NCBI GenBank assembly: GCA_045602705.1
Contig: JAZSCB010000002.1
Coordinates: forward strand, 15,054 to 79,053
Reading direction: 5' to 3'
DNA length: 64,000 nt
Source: Alistipes sp.
GTDB lineage: Bacteria > Bacteroidota > Bacteroidia > Bacteroidales > Rikenellaceae
The notes under the pieces are model-generated. The model made no database searches. It was not told the origin of the DNA and saw only the letters and a program-made list of their open reading frames with translations. The first letter of the stretch is position 1; each line of letters begins with the position of its first letter. Below, piece after piece: positions 10,863-20,352 of the stretch. The position numbers and the translations under genes are program-made.

Positions 10863-13130
10863 CTAAAATTTCAACATCAAAGCGATGCCCAGAGTCCGAG
10901 GATCTCCCATTTGGGCAAATTCGCGCCCCACCGACTTGAAGTAAAAGACGTCGTAGCGCGTATTGAGCAGGTTGTTTCCCCACAAATCGAGGGCATAGTG
11001 TGCCGTCTCAAAGCGGATCGTTGCCCCCAGGAGCGAGTAGAAGGGCTGGCAACGGCTGTTCTCCTCGTTCCACCAAATCTTGCCCGCCCCCTTGAGATTC
11101 ACCATCGGCACGATCTGCTCCAACCAGCGATACCCCACCTTCACCTCATAACTCAAGCGGGCCGAGAGGGTGTGGGCCGGTGCATAGGGGACCCGCTTAC
11201 CCCGGTAATCGTTGTTGCCACTCTGAAACTCACGGAAAGCGGCGTGGGTATAACCGTAGGCGAGGTTCAGCAGCAGATCGCGCGTGGGACGGATGGCAGC
11301 CGAGAGTTCGGCCCCATAACTGTGAGTACGCCCCGCATTGGTCATCATACGCCCCGTGGTGCGACCCGGAGGGAAGACCGTGAGCTGCTGGTTGCGGCAA
11401 TCGATGAAGAAGAGCGACCAATCGAGTTTTACATCCCCCTGCAAAAGATGGAGGTGGCCACCCAGCTCATAGTTCCAACTGATCTCGGGGTCATACTGCA
11501 CCACCTTTTCGATGTCGTAGTGGCGATCAAACGAGACCCCCATCTGCTGCATCAAAGCTGCCTGCAATACATCGGAGAACATCTGCGTATTGAAGCCTCC
11601 CGCCTTGAAACCCTTCGAGAGAGCCACATAGAGGGTCGAGAGACGGTGTCGACCCATTCGCATCAGAGCCGAAAATTTGGGCAGCAGCTCGGTGGAGGAG
11701 TGTTTCAGTCGCCCCTTCAGTTCAAAGGGGGCAATCACCGTTTCACGCATCGTTCCCACCATCCGACATCCATAGCGGGTATTACTCCGATAATCCATCC
11801 GCGCCTGCTCGTGGTCAAGACGCAAACCGAGGGTCAGAGACCAACGGCCCAGCGTAAAGTAGGATTCATGGTAGAGGGCTGCCCCCCAGGTTTGAATATC
11901 GAAATCGCTATCAAGCGGGAAAGGAATCTGATCAAAGAGGAGATCCTGTCCCGTATAGTGCTTCACATTGTCGATGATCAGCTCCTGCAACCCCTGCTCT
12001 TTGAAGTTTACCGGAGCCTCCATATCGCACCACTTGCCAAAGGCAAAGAGTCCGGTTGTCCAGCCATACCACTCGACAGCAGAGCGAACAGGTGTCAGCA
12101 CCAACTCCTCGGTCAGGGCGTGTTCCCGACGATCTTGCTCCAGGGTAAAGTAGCTCTCGGGGCGGAAATCCTGATCCAGGTTCATACAGTCGTCGAGCAA
12201 CTGGTAGGAGGTCATACTCTCCAACCGCAGACGTTCCCACTTGCGACTTACACGCAACCCCTCCAAGAGGCTCGCTCGCTCGTAGGAACAAGGGTCATTA
12301 TAGGCAATATTCCCCTCATCGAGCGAACGATAGGGGTATCCGCCCTGTGTCACGATGGAGCCCGTAAGGGTATTTTCAATCTGCCAGCCCCGCCAATTTC
12401 GGTAACCCAGCTTGATGGCCAGACCACCCGAATTCTCCCAATCGCACCTCTCGTCCGTAAAGTCGTTGGTAAATAGACCGTCACTCATTCCGTAGCGCAC
12501 CGAAAGGCCCATAGCCCACTCACCCTTTTCGTTGGTGTGCAGTCGAAAGTAACTCGAAAGTCGCCCGTCAAAACTGTTTCCGCTGCCATAACTCCAGCGA
12601 GCCCGGTAGCCATAATCGAAAGGCGAACGGGTCGAAATATTCATCACTCCGCCAATCGTATTGCGGCCATAGAGGGTGCTCTGCGGGCCGCGCAACACCT
12701 CCATCCGATCGATATCCATCAGGTCGAGGTCATAAGCATCCTTGTTCAGTACGGGGATGTTATCCACCGTAAGACCCATTGCCGGCTGATCGATACGGGC
12801 TCCCAGACCACGCACATAGATCGACGAGGTCATCCGCGAACCATACTCCGGCATCAGCAGATTGGGAACCAGCAACGAGAGATCCTTGGGGGCCTCAAGG
12901 CGCAGAAGTTCGCTCTGTTTGTTGTCAAAGATCGAGGCCGAAAGAGGGCTGATGGCCAAAGGTAACCGACCGGGTTTGAGTGAGCGACCGAGAATGGCTA
13001 CCTCATCAACCCAAATGGTGGTATCGGCCTTGACCGGTGGGTCATTGGGGGTTACACCTCCCCGCGGGTGAGCCTGCAGCCCACCCCAAAGAAGCAACAT
13101 CCAAAGGGTCGATACCAAACAACGCGCCAT
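10863..13130 (-). CDS. TonB-dependent receptor
   Basis: It has a signal peptide, plug motifs (DRMEVLRGPQSTLYGRNTIGGVMNI) and a long beta-barrel ending in the aromatic terminal residue (...GIALMLKF). Confidence 0.9.
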   Translation of the reverse strand: MARCLVSTLWMLLLWGGLQAHPRGGVTPNDPPVKADTTIWVDEVAILGRSLKPGRLPLAISPLSASIFDNKQSELLRLEAPKDLSLLVPNLLMPEYGSRMTSSIYVRGLGARIDQPAMGLTVDNIPVLNKDAYDLDLMDIDRMEVLRGPQSTLYGRNTIGGVMNISTRSPFDYGYRARWSYGSGNSFDGRLSSYFRLHTNEKGEWAMGLSVRYGMSDGLFTNDFTDERCDWENSGGLAIKLGYRNWRGWQIENTLTGSIVTQGGYPYRSLDEGNIAYNDPCSYERASLLEGLRVSRKWERLRLESMTSYQLLDDCMNLDQDFRPESYFTLEQDRREHALTEELVLTPVRSAVEWYGWTTGLFAFGKWCDMEAPVNFKEQGLQELIIDNVKHYTGQDLLFDQIPFPLDSDFDIQTWGAALYHESYFTLGRWSLTLGLRLDHEQARMDYRSNTRYGCRMVGTMRETVIAPFELKGRLKHSSTELLPKFSALMRMGRHRLSTLYVALSKGFKAGGFNTQMFSDVLQAALMQQMGVSFDRHYDIEKVVQYDPEISWNYELGGHLHLLQGDVKLDWSLFFIDCRNQQLTVFPPGRTTGRMMTNAGRTHSYGAELSAAIRPTRDLLLNLAYGYTHAAFREFQSGNNDYRGKRVPYAPAHTLSARLSYEVKVGYRWLEQIVPMVNLKGAGKIWWNEENSRCQPFYSLLGATIRFETAHYALDLWGNNLLNTRYDVFYFKSVGREFAQMGDPRTLGIALMLKF

Positions 13131-13154
13131 CGCTCTTCGCCGCTCGATTTCGGA

Positions 13155-14609
13155 TTAGTTCTGAGGAATCGAAGCCGCCTTGACGCGGAAGTAGTTGTTG
13201 GTCCCATCCTCCAGGATGCGGTACTCGGCGTGGTTACCCCACCCGGCAGGCACATCGCGGATCTCCATATCCTCTCCCGTATCATTCAGGACATACTCTC
13301 CGATCATCTGGTGCCAACTGCGGATACGCGCCATACTGCTCTGCGGCTCCATCAGGTCGGCCGAGGTGCAGATCTCGCGCAGGGCGTTGAGATAGATGGC
13401 TCGCCAGTCGTCAAACTCCAGGATCTTCGAGATCAACTTACGGCTGCCGTCGCCCCAGTGCAGGGGGTTCTGTCGGCCCGCATCGATGATGCTCGAGGTT
13501 CCGAGCGTATTGTCGTAGTCGTAGGGGATGAAGAAGAATCGATAGTCGTACTTGTCCTGCGAATTGAAGTAGATGTAGTAATTGTTCTGGTTGCACCAAT
13601 AGTCGTCCCACATTCCCACCGCCACATTCACGGCATAGGTCTTCAGCAGAAGTTCCACATCGGTCACCGTCGAGATCCAGCTTCTAAAACTCTCACCCGT
13701 CTTCCCTTCGAGCTTCAAAATGAAATCCTTGAGTTGCTCACGAGCGGCGTCAAACTGCTCGATCTCGGTCTTGAGGCAGTAAGCACGATTGATCGTGCCG
13801 GCATTGTCATCGTGCCAGAAGAGGCCGTCATCGGTAGAGTTCAGACCGGCCGGATAAGCGCACTTCCAGAGGAAGCCCTTATCATTGCCAAACTGCTCGA
13901 CACGACGCTCCACATATTTGTCGTCAATCGCCTCCAACATAATGTAAACGCCATAATAGGCCTCTTTTGACTCCCCGACTGTGAGCCAGAGACGGCAATA
14001 GGAGGTATTAATGGAGGTCCAGATGCCGTAGCGACGGAAGAGGTCATAGCAAAAGATCTCACGGGCATAGCAGGCATCATCCTTGTGCCACTTGAGGTGG
14101 ATTTTACGCACGCCGCCCAATTCGTGCTCATCATCCTTCTGGAATTTGCGAAGGTTGAGCATAAAGTGGACGTGCCGGTAGTCGGGATTCTGTGTGTCGT
14201 GCATCTGACCTGCGTGCCCCTCGGGACGACGACGCGAGGTGTTGCCCCTCAAGCGCAATCCGGCATCCGTAAAGCGGTGAAGAGTACCCTCTTTGGAGAA
14301 GGTGGCATCGCAGTGAATATACTCGTCGGTATTCTGATCCTGATCGTAGAGGCCGAGCAGTTCGTTCCACTGCTCCTCCGAAACCCGAATGCGAATCTCG
14401 GGCAGAGCCTCCATATCGAAGATGTAGGCCATTCCGTCCATCACCTCCGAAGAGCCATTTTCATCCTTATCCTCGTCCTTCCCCTCCTCGGCATCCTTTT
14501 CGGGTTGTTTCTCCTCCTCTTTGGAATCGGAGACCGGATAAAAATCGCCCTGCATATCACAGGCTGTCCAACAGAGCAACAGCCCCAAAAGCATACAAAT
14601 TTTTCTCAT
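13155..14609 (-). CDS. CotH-family (atypical kinase fold) lipoprotein
   Basis: The start at Met 14609 gives the lipoprotein signal MRKICMLLGLLLCWTAC. An acidic linker follows (SDSKEEEKQPEKDAEEGKDEDKDENG). The body resembles the CotH family (HLKWHKDDACYAREIFCYDLFRRYGIW..., WDDYWCNQNNYYIYF). A -7 box lies at 14635-14642. Confidence 0.75.
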   Translation of the reverse strand: MRKICMLLGLLLCWTACDMQGDFYPVSDSKEEEKQPEKDAEEGKDEDKDENGSSEVMDGMAYIFDMEALPEIRIRVSEEQWNELLGLYDQDQNTDEYIHCDATFSKEGTLHRFTDAGLRLRGNTSRRRPEGHAGQMHDTQNPDYRHVHFMLNLRKFQKDDEHELGGVRKIHLKWHKDDACYAREIFCYDLFRRYGIWTSINTSYCRLWLTVGESKEAYYGVYIMLEAIDDKYVERRVEQFGNDKGFLWKCAYPAGLNSTDDGLFWHDDNAGTINRAYCLKTEIEQFDAAREQLKDFILKLEGKTGESFRSWISTVTDVELLLKTYAVNVAVGMWDDYWCNQNNYYIYFNSQDKYDYRFFFIPYDYDNTLGTSSIIDAGRQNPLHWGDGSRKLISKILEFDDWRAIYLNALREICTSADLMEPQSSMARIRSWHQMIGEYVLNDTGEDMEIRDVPAGWGNHAEYRILEDGTNNYFRVKAASIPQN

Positions 14610-14634
14610 CTTGATGCGGTTTCTATATTTCGCG

Positions 14635-14642
14635 CAAAGATA
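14635..14642 (-). promoter_or_regulatory. -7 promoter box TATCTTTG (CotH-headed minus-strand unit)
   Basis: CAAAGATA on the + strand lies 26 nt upstream of the ATG at 14609. Confidence 0.55.
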
Positions 14643-14789
14643 GGAAAAAGTGGTGAGCAATCCAAAAAAAGGGGGAGAACTCTGCACCCGAAACCTCTTT
14701 TATCCCTCCCTTCGGGAGAAAAGGAGTGCCATAGGGGTTGAAGCGAGGCAAAAAACGCAAAAGAGTCCCTTGGTTTCAAAATCTTTTAC

Positions 14790-14797
14790 TATCTTTG
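14790..14797 (+). promoter_or_regulatory. -7 promoter box TATCTTTG (manC-murF unit)
   Basis: An exact match lies 23 nt upstream of the ATG at 14820. Confidence 0.55.
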
Positions 14798-14819
14798 TTC
14801 AAAGAAAAAAAATTCATCT

Positions 14820-15929
14820 ATGAAGCAAAATCACACCCCCGACTCCCCGCGCCATACGGGCGAGCGTGTCTGGTGCGTCATTATGGCCGGTGGCGTAGGG
14901 ACTCGTTTTTGGCCCCGCAGCCGCCAAGCGTGCCCCAAGCAGTTTCTCGACATTTTGGGGACCGGAAAATCCTTCATTCGCCACACCTTTGAGCGATTCC
15001 TGGCTTTGATTCCCGCCGAACGTTTTTTGGTGGTGACCCAGGAGCGTTATCGCGAACAGGTGTTGGCCCATCTGCCCGAGCTACAACCCGATCAGGTGCT
15101 CTGCGAGCCCATCGGCCGCAACACGGCTCCCTGCATTGCCTACGCCGCCTACAGCCTCCTGAAACGCGACCCCGAGGCTCGAATGGTGGTGACACCCTCC
15201 GACCATCTGATTCTCAACGAGGAGCCCTTCAGGGCCATCATCCGCGAGTCGCTCGACTTCATCGACCGCCACAACGCCCTGATGACGGTGGGCATCCGCC
15301 CCACCCGACCCGAGACGGGCTACGGCTATATCCAGATCTCCGACTCGAAGCCCATTTCAAAGGTTAAGAGCTTCACCGAAAAGCCCAACCTCGAGTTGGC
15401 ACAGACCTTCGTACAGTGCGGCGAGTTTTTCTGGAATTCGGGCATTTTCATCTGGAAGGCCTGCGACATCGTCTCGGCCCTGGAGCGTCACCAGCCCGAG
15501 ATTGCGGAGCTCTTCCACTCGATCCATAATGCCTACGGTACCCCCGAGGAGGCTGCGGCCATCGAGCGGGTCTATGGCGAATGCCGCGGCATCTCGATCG
15601 ACTACGGAGTGATGGAGAAGGCAGACAACGCCTATGTGCGTTGCGGCGACTTCGGCTGGAGCGACATCGGCACCTGGGGCTCCCTCTACCAGCACGCCCG
15701 TAAGGATCGTTACGCCAACGCCAAACCCGAAGAGGGGTGCTACACCTACAACACCCGCTCCTCGATCATCTCGCTACCAAAGGGCAAGGTGGCCGTCATC
15801 GACGGACTGAAGGAGTATATCGTGGTCGATACCGACGACGTACTGCTCATCTGCCCCCGCTCTGACGAACAAAACATCAAGAAGTATATCGACGAAGTGA
15901 AGTATCACTCGGGCGACAAACACATCTAA
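14820..15929 (+). CDS. manC: mannose-1-phosphate guanylyltransferase
   Basis: It has the nucleotidyltransferase G-loop (VIMAGGVGTRFWPRSR) and matches bacterial GDP-mannose pyrophosphorylases lacking the isomerase domain (GYGYI, EKP, FWNSGIFIW). A -7 box lies at 14790-14797. Confidence 0.88.
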   Translation: MKQNHTPDSPRHTGERVWCVIMAGGVGTRFWPRSRQACPKQFLDILGTGKSFIRHTFERFLALIPAERFLVVTQERYREQVLAHLPELQPDQVLCEPIGRNTAPCIAYAAYSLLKRDPEARMVVTPSDHLILNEEPFRAIIRESLDFIDRHNALMTVGIRPTRPETGYGYIQISDSKPISKVKSFTEKPNLELAQTFVQCGEFFWNSGIFIWKACDIVSALERHQPEIAELFHSIHNAYGTPEEAAAIERVYGECRGISIDYGVMEKADNAYVRCGDFGWSDIGTWGSLYQHARKDRYANAKPEEGCYTYNTRSSIISLPKGKVAVIDGLKEYIVVDTDDVLLICPRSDEQNIKKYIDEVKYHSGDKHI

Positions 15930-15967
15930 CTTTCCCGGGCGAAGAGCGATTCACCCACCACAAAAAT

Positions 15968-17233
15968 ATGCCACAGAATTTGACCGACACAGCCACGTTG
16001 TACCACCATTTCGAGAGCCATCGACGCATCTCGACCGACTCACGTCACATCGAACCCGACTCCCTCTTTTTTGCTCTGAAGGGGGCCTCGTTTGACGGCA
16101 ACCGCTTTGCTGCCGACGCCCTCAAAAAGGGGGCTGCCCTGGCGGTGGTGGACAATCCGCAACTCGTTGAAGAGCACCCCACGCTCCACGATCGCCTGGT
16201 GGTCGTACCGGATGTCCTTGAGGCCCTGCAACTCCTGGCCCGCGAACATCGTCGCCGCCTCGGATTGCCGATTCTGGCCATCGCAGGATCCAACGGAAAA
16301 ACAACAACCAAGGAGCTGACCGCCAGCGTCTTGAGTGAAAAATTCCACCTCTACGCCACACACGGCAACCTCAATAACCACATCGGCGTACCCCTCACCC
16401 TGCTGGCGATGGAGGCCACAACAGAGTTGGGCGTGGTGGAGATGGGTGCCAGCGGTTGTGGCGAGATTCGCCTTCTGTGCGAAATTGCCGAGCCCGACTT
16501 CGGAATTCTGACCAACATCGGCCGCTCCCATCTCGAGGGCTTCGGAGGCCCCGAAGGGATCCGCCGCGGCAAAGGCGAACTCTTCGACTTCCTGGCCGAG
16601 CGAGGCGGAAAAGCCTTTGTTCCCCGGGAGGATGCCGTATTGCAGGCGATGGCAGCCGAGCGACCCAACCTCGCCGTGGAGCACTACTCCACGACCATTG
16701 CCGAAGGGGTGGTGCATCAATTGGAGGGCGACTACAACCGACTGAACATCGCTGCTGCAATGGCCATCGGCCGTCACTTTGAGGTGAAGGAGGAGCAAAT
16801 CCGCCACGCCATCGCCTCCTATGTACCACAAAACCACCGCTCGCAACGTGTGGTGCGAGGCAGCAACTGTCTGATTCTTGACTGCTACAACGCCAACCCT
16901 TCGAGTATGGCGGCCTCAATCGACCACTTCGCACGCGAGGGGGCCAAAGGACGACGCAAAATGATGATTCTGGGCGATATGCTTGAATTGGGCTGTTGGT
17001 CGGAGGAGGAGCACCGCCGAATTTTGGAGCGAGCCTGTGCCGTGACAGATGCCAAGGTGTGGCTCGTAGGGCCCCGTTTTACGGCTGCGGCCGAAGGGAT
17101 CGAAGGAGTACGCTGCTTCGCCTCGCAGGAGGAGCTGGCCGAGGAGCTCAAGGAGCACCCCGTAAAGGAGTCGCTGGTGCTCATCAAGGGCTCTCACAGC
17201 ATCGGCCTGGAGCGGTGTGAAGAACTCTTTTAG
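15968..17233 (+). CDS. murF: UDP-N-acetylmuramoyl-tripeptide--D-alanyl-D-alanine ligase
   Basis: It has the Mur ligase P-loop (GSNGKTTTKE), the N-terminal motif FFALKGASFDGNRFA, and the C-terminal motif DCYNANPSSM. Confidence 0.92.
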   Translation: MPQNLTDTATLYHHFESHRRISTDSRHIEPDSLFFALKGASFDGNRFAADALKKGAALAVVDNPQLVEEHPTLHDRLVVVPDVLEALQLLAREHRRRLGLPILAIAGSNGKTTTKELTASVLSEKFHLYATHGNLNNHIGVPLTLLAMEATTELGVVEMGASGCGEIRLLCEIAEPDFGILTNIGRSHLEGFGGPEGIRRGKGELFDFLAERGGKAFVPREDAVLQAMAAERPNLAVEHYSTTIAEGVVHQLEGDYNRLNIAAAMAIGRHFEVKEEQIRHAIASYVPQNHRSQRVVRGSNCLILDCYNANPSSMAASIDHFAREGAKGRRKMMILGDMLELGCWSEEEHRRILERACAVTDAKVWLVGPRFTAAAEGIEGVRCFASQEELAEELKEHPVKESLVLIKGSHSIGLERCEELF

Positions 17234-17244
17234 TACACGCCTTT

Positions 17245-18213
17245 ATGAGAAAGATATTTCTGATTTTCTGGATATTGCTCCTTGCGAACAAGGGGTTTTC
17301 GGCCAATACGGAAGAGGTTGCCTTGGAGGCCTCGTGGGGCACGTTGCGCGGCACTCTCTGGCTTCCCGATACCCCTACGAAAACCGCCCTTCTGCTGATT
17401 GCCGGCTCGGGCCCCACCGACCGCTATGGCAACTCGACAGCTGGAATCCGGACCCAGGCCTACGCCCTCATCGCCGAGGGGTTGCAGGAGGCCGGCTATG
17501 CCGTCTTGAGCTACGACAAGCGGGGCATCGCCGCCAGTTACTACCACAACCCCGAAGAGTTAATGACCGACTGTCGCTTCAGCTACTTTGTGGAGGATGC
17601 GGCTCGCTGGGTCGAAGAGTTGCGTCGTCGCGGCTTTGAGCAGGTGATCCTTGCGGGCCACAGCGAGGGGTCGCTCATCGCCCTTCAGGTAGCAGAGCAG
17701 GATCCCGAAGTGGCCGGAGTGGTCTCTCTCTGCGGAGCTGCCTGGTCGCTGGATCAGGTGTTGAAAATGCAGCTCGGAGCCCAGCTGCTGATCCAAAATT
17801 ACAGTCTCTACACCTCGGCCTGCCGCATCATCGACACGCTGAAACGGGGTGAGGAGCCGAGCGACATACCTGCAGCTCTGACCTCCCTCTTTCCCGCCTA
17901 CCTCAACCCCTTCTATCAGGAGGTTTTTCAGCTCAATCCGCAACAAATCATCCGCCACCTCCGCTCTCCGATTCTGCTGATCGGTGGTGGCCACGACGGC
18001 CAGGTAACCCCCGATAATGCCCGCACACTCAAAGCCGCGGTTCCTTCTGCCAAATTGCTGATTATCGAGAAGATGTGTCACGTCCTGAAGGATTCCGACA
18101 AGCGGACTGCCACCGAGCAATTGGATGTCTACACCAACCCTTCGCTCCCCCTCTCCGAGGAGTTACTTCCCGCCCTGATTGATTTCGTCAGATCGCTTCG
18201 ACAGACGGAATAA
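17245..18213 (+). CDS. secreted alpha/beta hydrolase
   Basis: It has a signal peptide (ILLLANKGFSA-N) and the nucleophile elbow GHSEGS. A late HVLKD likely carries the catalytic His. Confidence 0.78.
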   Translation: MRKIFLIFWILLLANKGFSANTEEVALEASWGTLRGTLWLPDTPTKTALLLIAGSGPTDRYGNSTAGIRTQAYALIAEGLQEAGYAVLSYDKRGIAASYYHNPEELMTDCRFSYFVEDAARWVEELRRRGFEQVILAGHSEGSLIALQVAEQDPEVAGVVSLCGAAWSLDQVLKMQLGAQLLIQNYSLYTSACRIIDTLKRGEEPSDIPAALTSLFPAYLNPFYQEVFQLNPQQIIRHLRSPILLIGGGHDGQVTPDNARTLKAAVPSAKLLIIEKMCHVLKDSDKRTATEQLDVYTNPSLPLSEELLPALIDFVRSLRQTE

Positions 18214-18230
18214 CCAAGACTGAAACCAAA

Positions 18231-18262
18231 GAGGAAGGGGTGGATATTTCCACCCCTTCCTC
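18231..18262 (+). terminator. perfect 13-bp stem-loop downstream of the hydrolase gene
   Basis: GAGGAAGGGGTGG - ATATTT - CCACCCCTTCCTC lies 18 nt after the stop. It is followed by a C/T-rich tract rather than a clean T-run. Confidence 0.45.
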
Positions 18263-18311
18263 TCCTCTTCTCCAATGTGTCCGATCTCAAGCAACTTCCG
18301 CAGACGAGCAC

Positions 18312-18343
18312 AAAAAAAAGACGACCTTTTCAAGTCGTCTTTT
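18312..18343 (-). terminator. rho-independent terminator after tRNA-Asp
   Basis: The stem AAGACGAC / GTCGTCTT has an 8-nt loop. On the minus strand it is followed by an 8-nt T-run (A-run 18312-18319 on +). Confidence 0.7.
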
Positions 18344-18345
18344 CG

Positions 18346-18419
18346 CGGTGCGTAGGGGACTCGAACCCCTGACCCCGTGCGTGACAGGCACGTATTCTAA
18401 CCAGCTGAACTAACGCACC
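18346..18419 (-). tRNA. tRNA-Asp (anticodon GTC)
   Basis: The reverse complement folds by hand into a 74-nt cloverleaf: GGTGCGT-TA-GTTC-AGCTGGTTA-GAAT-A-CGTGC-CTGTCAC-GCACG-GGGTC-AGGGG-TTCGAGT-CCCCT-ACGCACC-G. The T-loop is TTCGAGT, the anticodon loop is CT-GTC-AC, and CCA is not encoded. Confidence 0.92.
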
Positions 18420-18437
18420 GTTTGCTGATTGCGACTG

Positions 18438-18445
18438 CAAAGATA
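18438..18445 (-). promoter_or_regulatory. Bacteroidota -7 promoter box TATCTTTG for tRNA-Asp
   Basis: CAAAGATA on the + strand lies 19 nt upstream of the tRNA 5' end. It matches the established Bacteroides sigma-A consensus TAnnTTTG. Confidence 0.6.
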
Positions 18446-18476
18446 GTACATTTCTTTCAGTTCGCAAATTTTTTTT

Positions 18477-19010
18477 CTATTTTTTGAAGAAAGAAAATTG
18501 CACACTCCCGTAACTTCTTTGTTGCCAGAAGTTTGGATGTTCAGAAAAATCAACCCCCTTGGAGTGTTCAAAGACCAAAAAACCCTCTTCGCGCAACAAA
18601 TCGCCCTGTAACACCAGGTCAATGACCTGCTCGGAGCCCTCCAGATCGTAAGGAGCATCGGAGAAGATCAGATCAAACTGTTTGGGGCATGACTTGAGAT
18701 AGAGAAAGACATTGGCCTTGACCGCATAGAGGTTTCGGATGCCAAGCTGCGTGGCCGTCTGGCGGATGAAGTTGTGGTGCACAGAGTTGATCTCCACCGA
18801 GGTTACACTCTTCACGCCACGCGAGGCAAACTCATAGCTGATGGAACCAGTACCGGCAAAGAGGTCGAGAACCTCGCACTCCTCAAAATCGACCAGATTT
18901 CCCAAGACATTGAAGAGATTCTCCTTGGCAAAGTCGGTCGTGGGACGTGCTCGGAGGTTCTTGGGAGGATTGATGGCTCGTCCCTTATATTGTCCGCTGA
19001 TGATACGCAT
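18477..19010 (-). CDS. rsmD: 16S rRNA (guanine966-N2)-methyltransferase
   Basis: The product begins MRIISGQYKGRAINPP..RPTTD, has the SAM motif LDLFAGTGS, and carries DAPY (a DPPY variant). The 177-aa length is typical. Confidence 0.9.
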   Translation of the reverse strand: MRIISGQYKGRAINPPKNLRARPTTDFAKENLFNVLGNLVDFEECEVLDLFAGTGSISYEFASRGVKSVTSVEINSVHHNFIRQTATQLGIRNLYAVKANVFLYLKSCPKQFDLIFSDAPYDLEGSEQVIDLVLQGDLLREEGFLVFEHSKGVDFSEHPNFWQQRSYGSVQFSFFKK

Positions 19011-19014
19011 AGGG

Positions 19015-19545
19015 CTATTTAAATTGAGATTTCAACAGACGCTTCAAGACGGCTGGATCCTCTCCGGCTGTCTGAAGGCGATATTTGCGCGTGGGGATCA
19101 TCTCGCCCAGCGTCGCCACATAGTAGAGGATATCCTCTTCACTCTCAAGATGCAACACCTCGGCCAGACGCAGGGTCGGGTCATATACTTTTGTATATAA
19201 GAGGTTACCATACCCCGCCAACCAGACCGTAGGCTCGGTGGGAGCCACCGGGCCCTCAAGCAGTGGGGTTCGGTATGGAGTCCCTTTGGGGTATTGCTCC
19301 ACCACAGAGCGGTCGGCAGCCATCACGGCCACCACCCCCTCCCGAGGCTCGCTCCAAACCACACACTCCGAAGCTTCGCAGCGCAGACCACAAAGTTCAA
19401 GGCAGAGAGTCGCCTCCTCCGGTCGGAAGATTTCGGCCGGCACAAGGGTCGTTTTATGCGTCAGAATCATCGTTAAAGAGGATAAAAAAGTTCTGCCGCC
19501 ATAGGCCATCGGCAGGCGGCAGAACCAATTCACAAGTGAAACCAA
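19015..19545 (-). CDS. hypothetical protein (possibly DUF3822-like)
   Basis: It has a GC3-rich codon pattern and is tightly packed (4 nt) upstream of rsmD, a position I recall DUF3822 proteins occupying in Bacteroidota. The start is uncertain; Met 19470 is an alternative. Confidence 0.5.
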   Translation of the reverse strand: MVSLVNWFCRLPMAYGGRTFLSSLTMILTHKTTLVPAEIFRPEEATLCLELCGLRCEASECVVWSEPREGVVAVMAADRSVVEQYPKGTPYRTPLLEGPVAPTEPTVWLAGYGNLLYTKVYDPTLRLAEVLHLESEEDILYYVATLGEMIPTRKYRLQTAGEDPAVLKRLLKSQFK

Positions 19546-19563
19546 TGCACCGTTTCGGGGGGA

Positions 19564-20205
19564 TTAGTCCTCCCAGTTACCGGCCTCGTTGTTGGCAGCG
19601 TAGATATCTCCGAACTTCACACCGGCATAACGGTTGAAGTTGTTCACCTCGTTGTCAATGAAGTTGATCACCTCCTGACGATACTTCACGGTGTCGAGGA
19701 AGAGTTTGTAGGGAGCACGGCACTCTACAACGGGAACCACCACGCCCGAACCGGTCGTGATCTGGGCTGCCTCGAGAATGAACTCACACTGATTGTCGGT
19801 ACCGGGGATATAACGCAACTCCTGCACCTGCTCGGGGGTGAGCTTCTTGGCACCGAATACGGTATCGATCACGCGCATCGTAAACTTCTCCACATTCTTC
19901 AGACCCTGCTTCTTGAGCTGTGCCATAGCTACCGAGTCATCCTCATCCACGCGCTTACGCTCATACTCCAACTCCTCAGTAAGAACAAAGTTGATCAGGG
20001 TGTCGAAATCGCCGGTAAAACGCTGATACTTGAGTTTATAGGCGCGCTCGGCAGCACGTACGTCCTTGATACGGTCGATCACCTCGGCCTTCTTCTCGAC
20101 AACCTCCTTATCAAAGTTGATCGGGGTCGAGATCTGATCATAAATTTTGTACACGAGGGCCACGATCACCAATGCGAGGACCACCTGAATAAGTTTTTTA
20201 ACCAT
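19564..20205 (-). CDS. conserved hypothetical membrane-anchored protein
   Basis: The internal Met at 20205 gives MVKKLIQVVLALVIVALVYKIY (an N-terminal TM anchor) followed by a charged soluble domain. The upstream 48 codons of the track ORF look non-coding. Confidence 0.7.
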   Translation of the reverse strand: MVKKLIQVVLALVIVALVYKIYDQISTPINFDKEVVEKKAEVIDRIKDVRAAERAYKLKYQRFTGDFDTLINFVLTEELEYERKRVDEDDSVAMAQLKKQGLKNVEKFTMRVIDTVFGAKKLTPEQVQELRYIPGTDNQCEFILEAAQITTGSGVVVPVVECRAPYKLFLDTVKYRQEVINFIDNEVNNFNRYAGVKFGDIYAANNEAGNWED

Positions 20206-20235
20206 TGTTTTATTGTTTTTAAGTTTTTGTATTTC

Positions 20236-20243
20236 TATCTTTG
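20236..20243 (+). promoter_or_regulatory. -7 promoter box TATCTTTG (helicase gene)
   Basis: An exact TAnnTTTG match lies 110 nt upstream of the ATG at 20353. Confidence 0.45.
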
Positions 20244-20352
20244 TCTTCGAAAGCCGGCCAACCGGGAGTTTCGGATTTTTCATCCATATCAAAAATCCCT
20301 GCCTCTCGAATTGCAGGCCCGAACGATTCACAACCCTTTCAGGCCACAAAAT

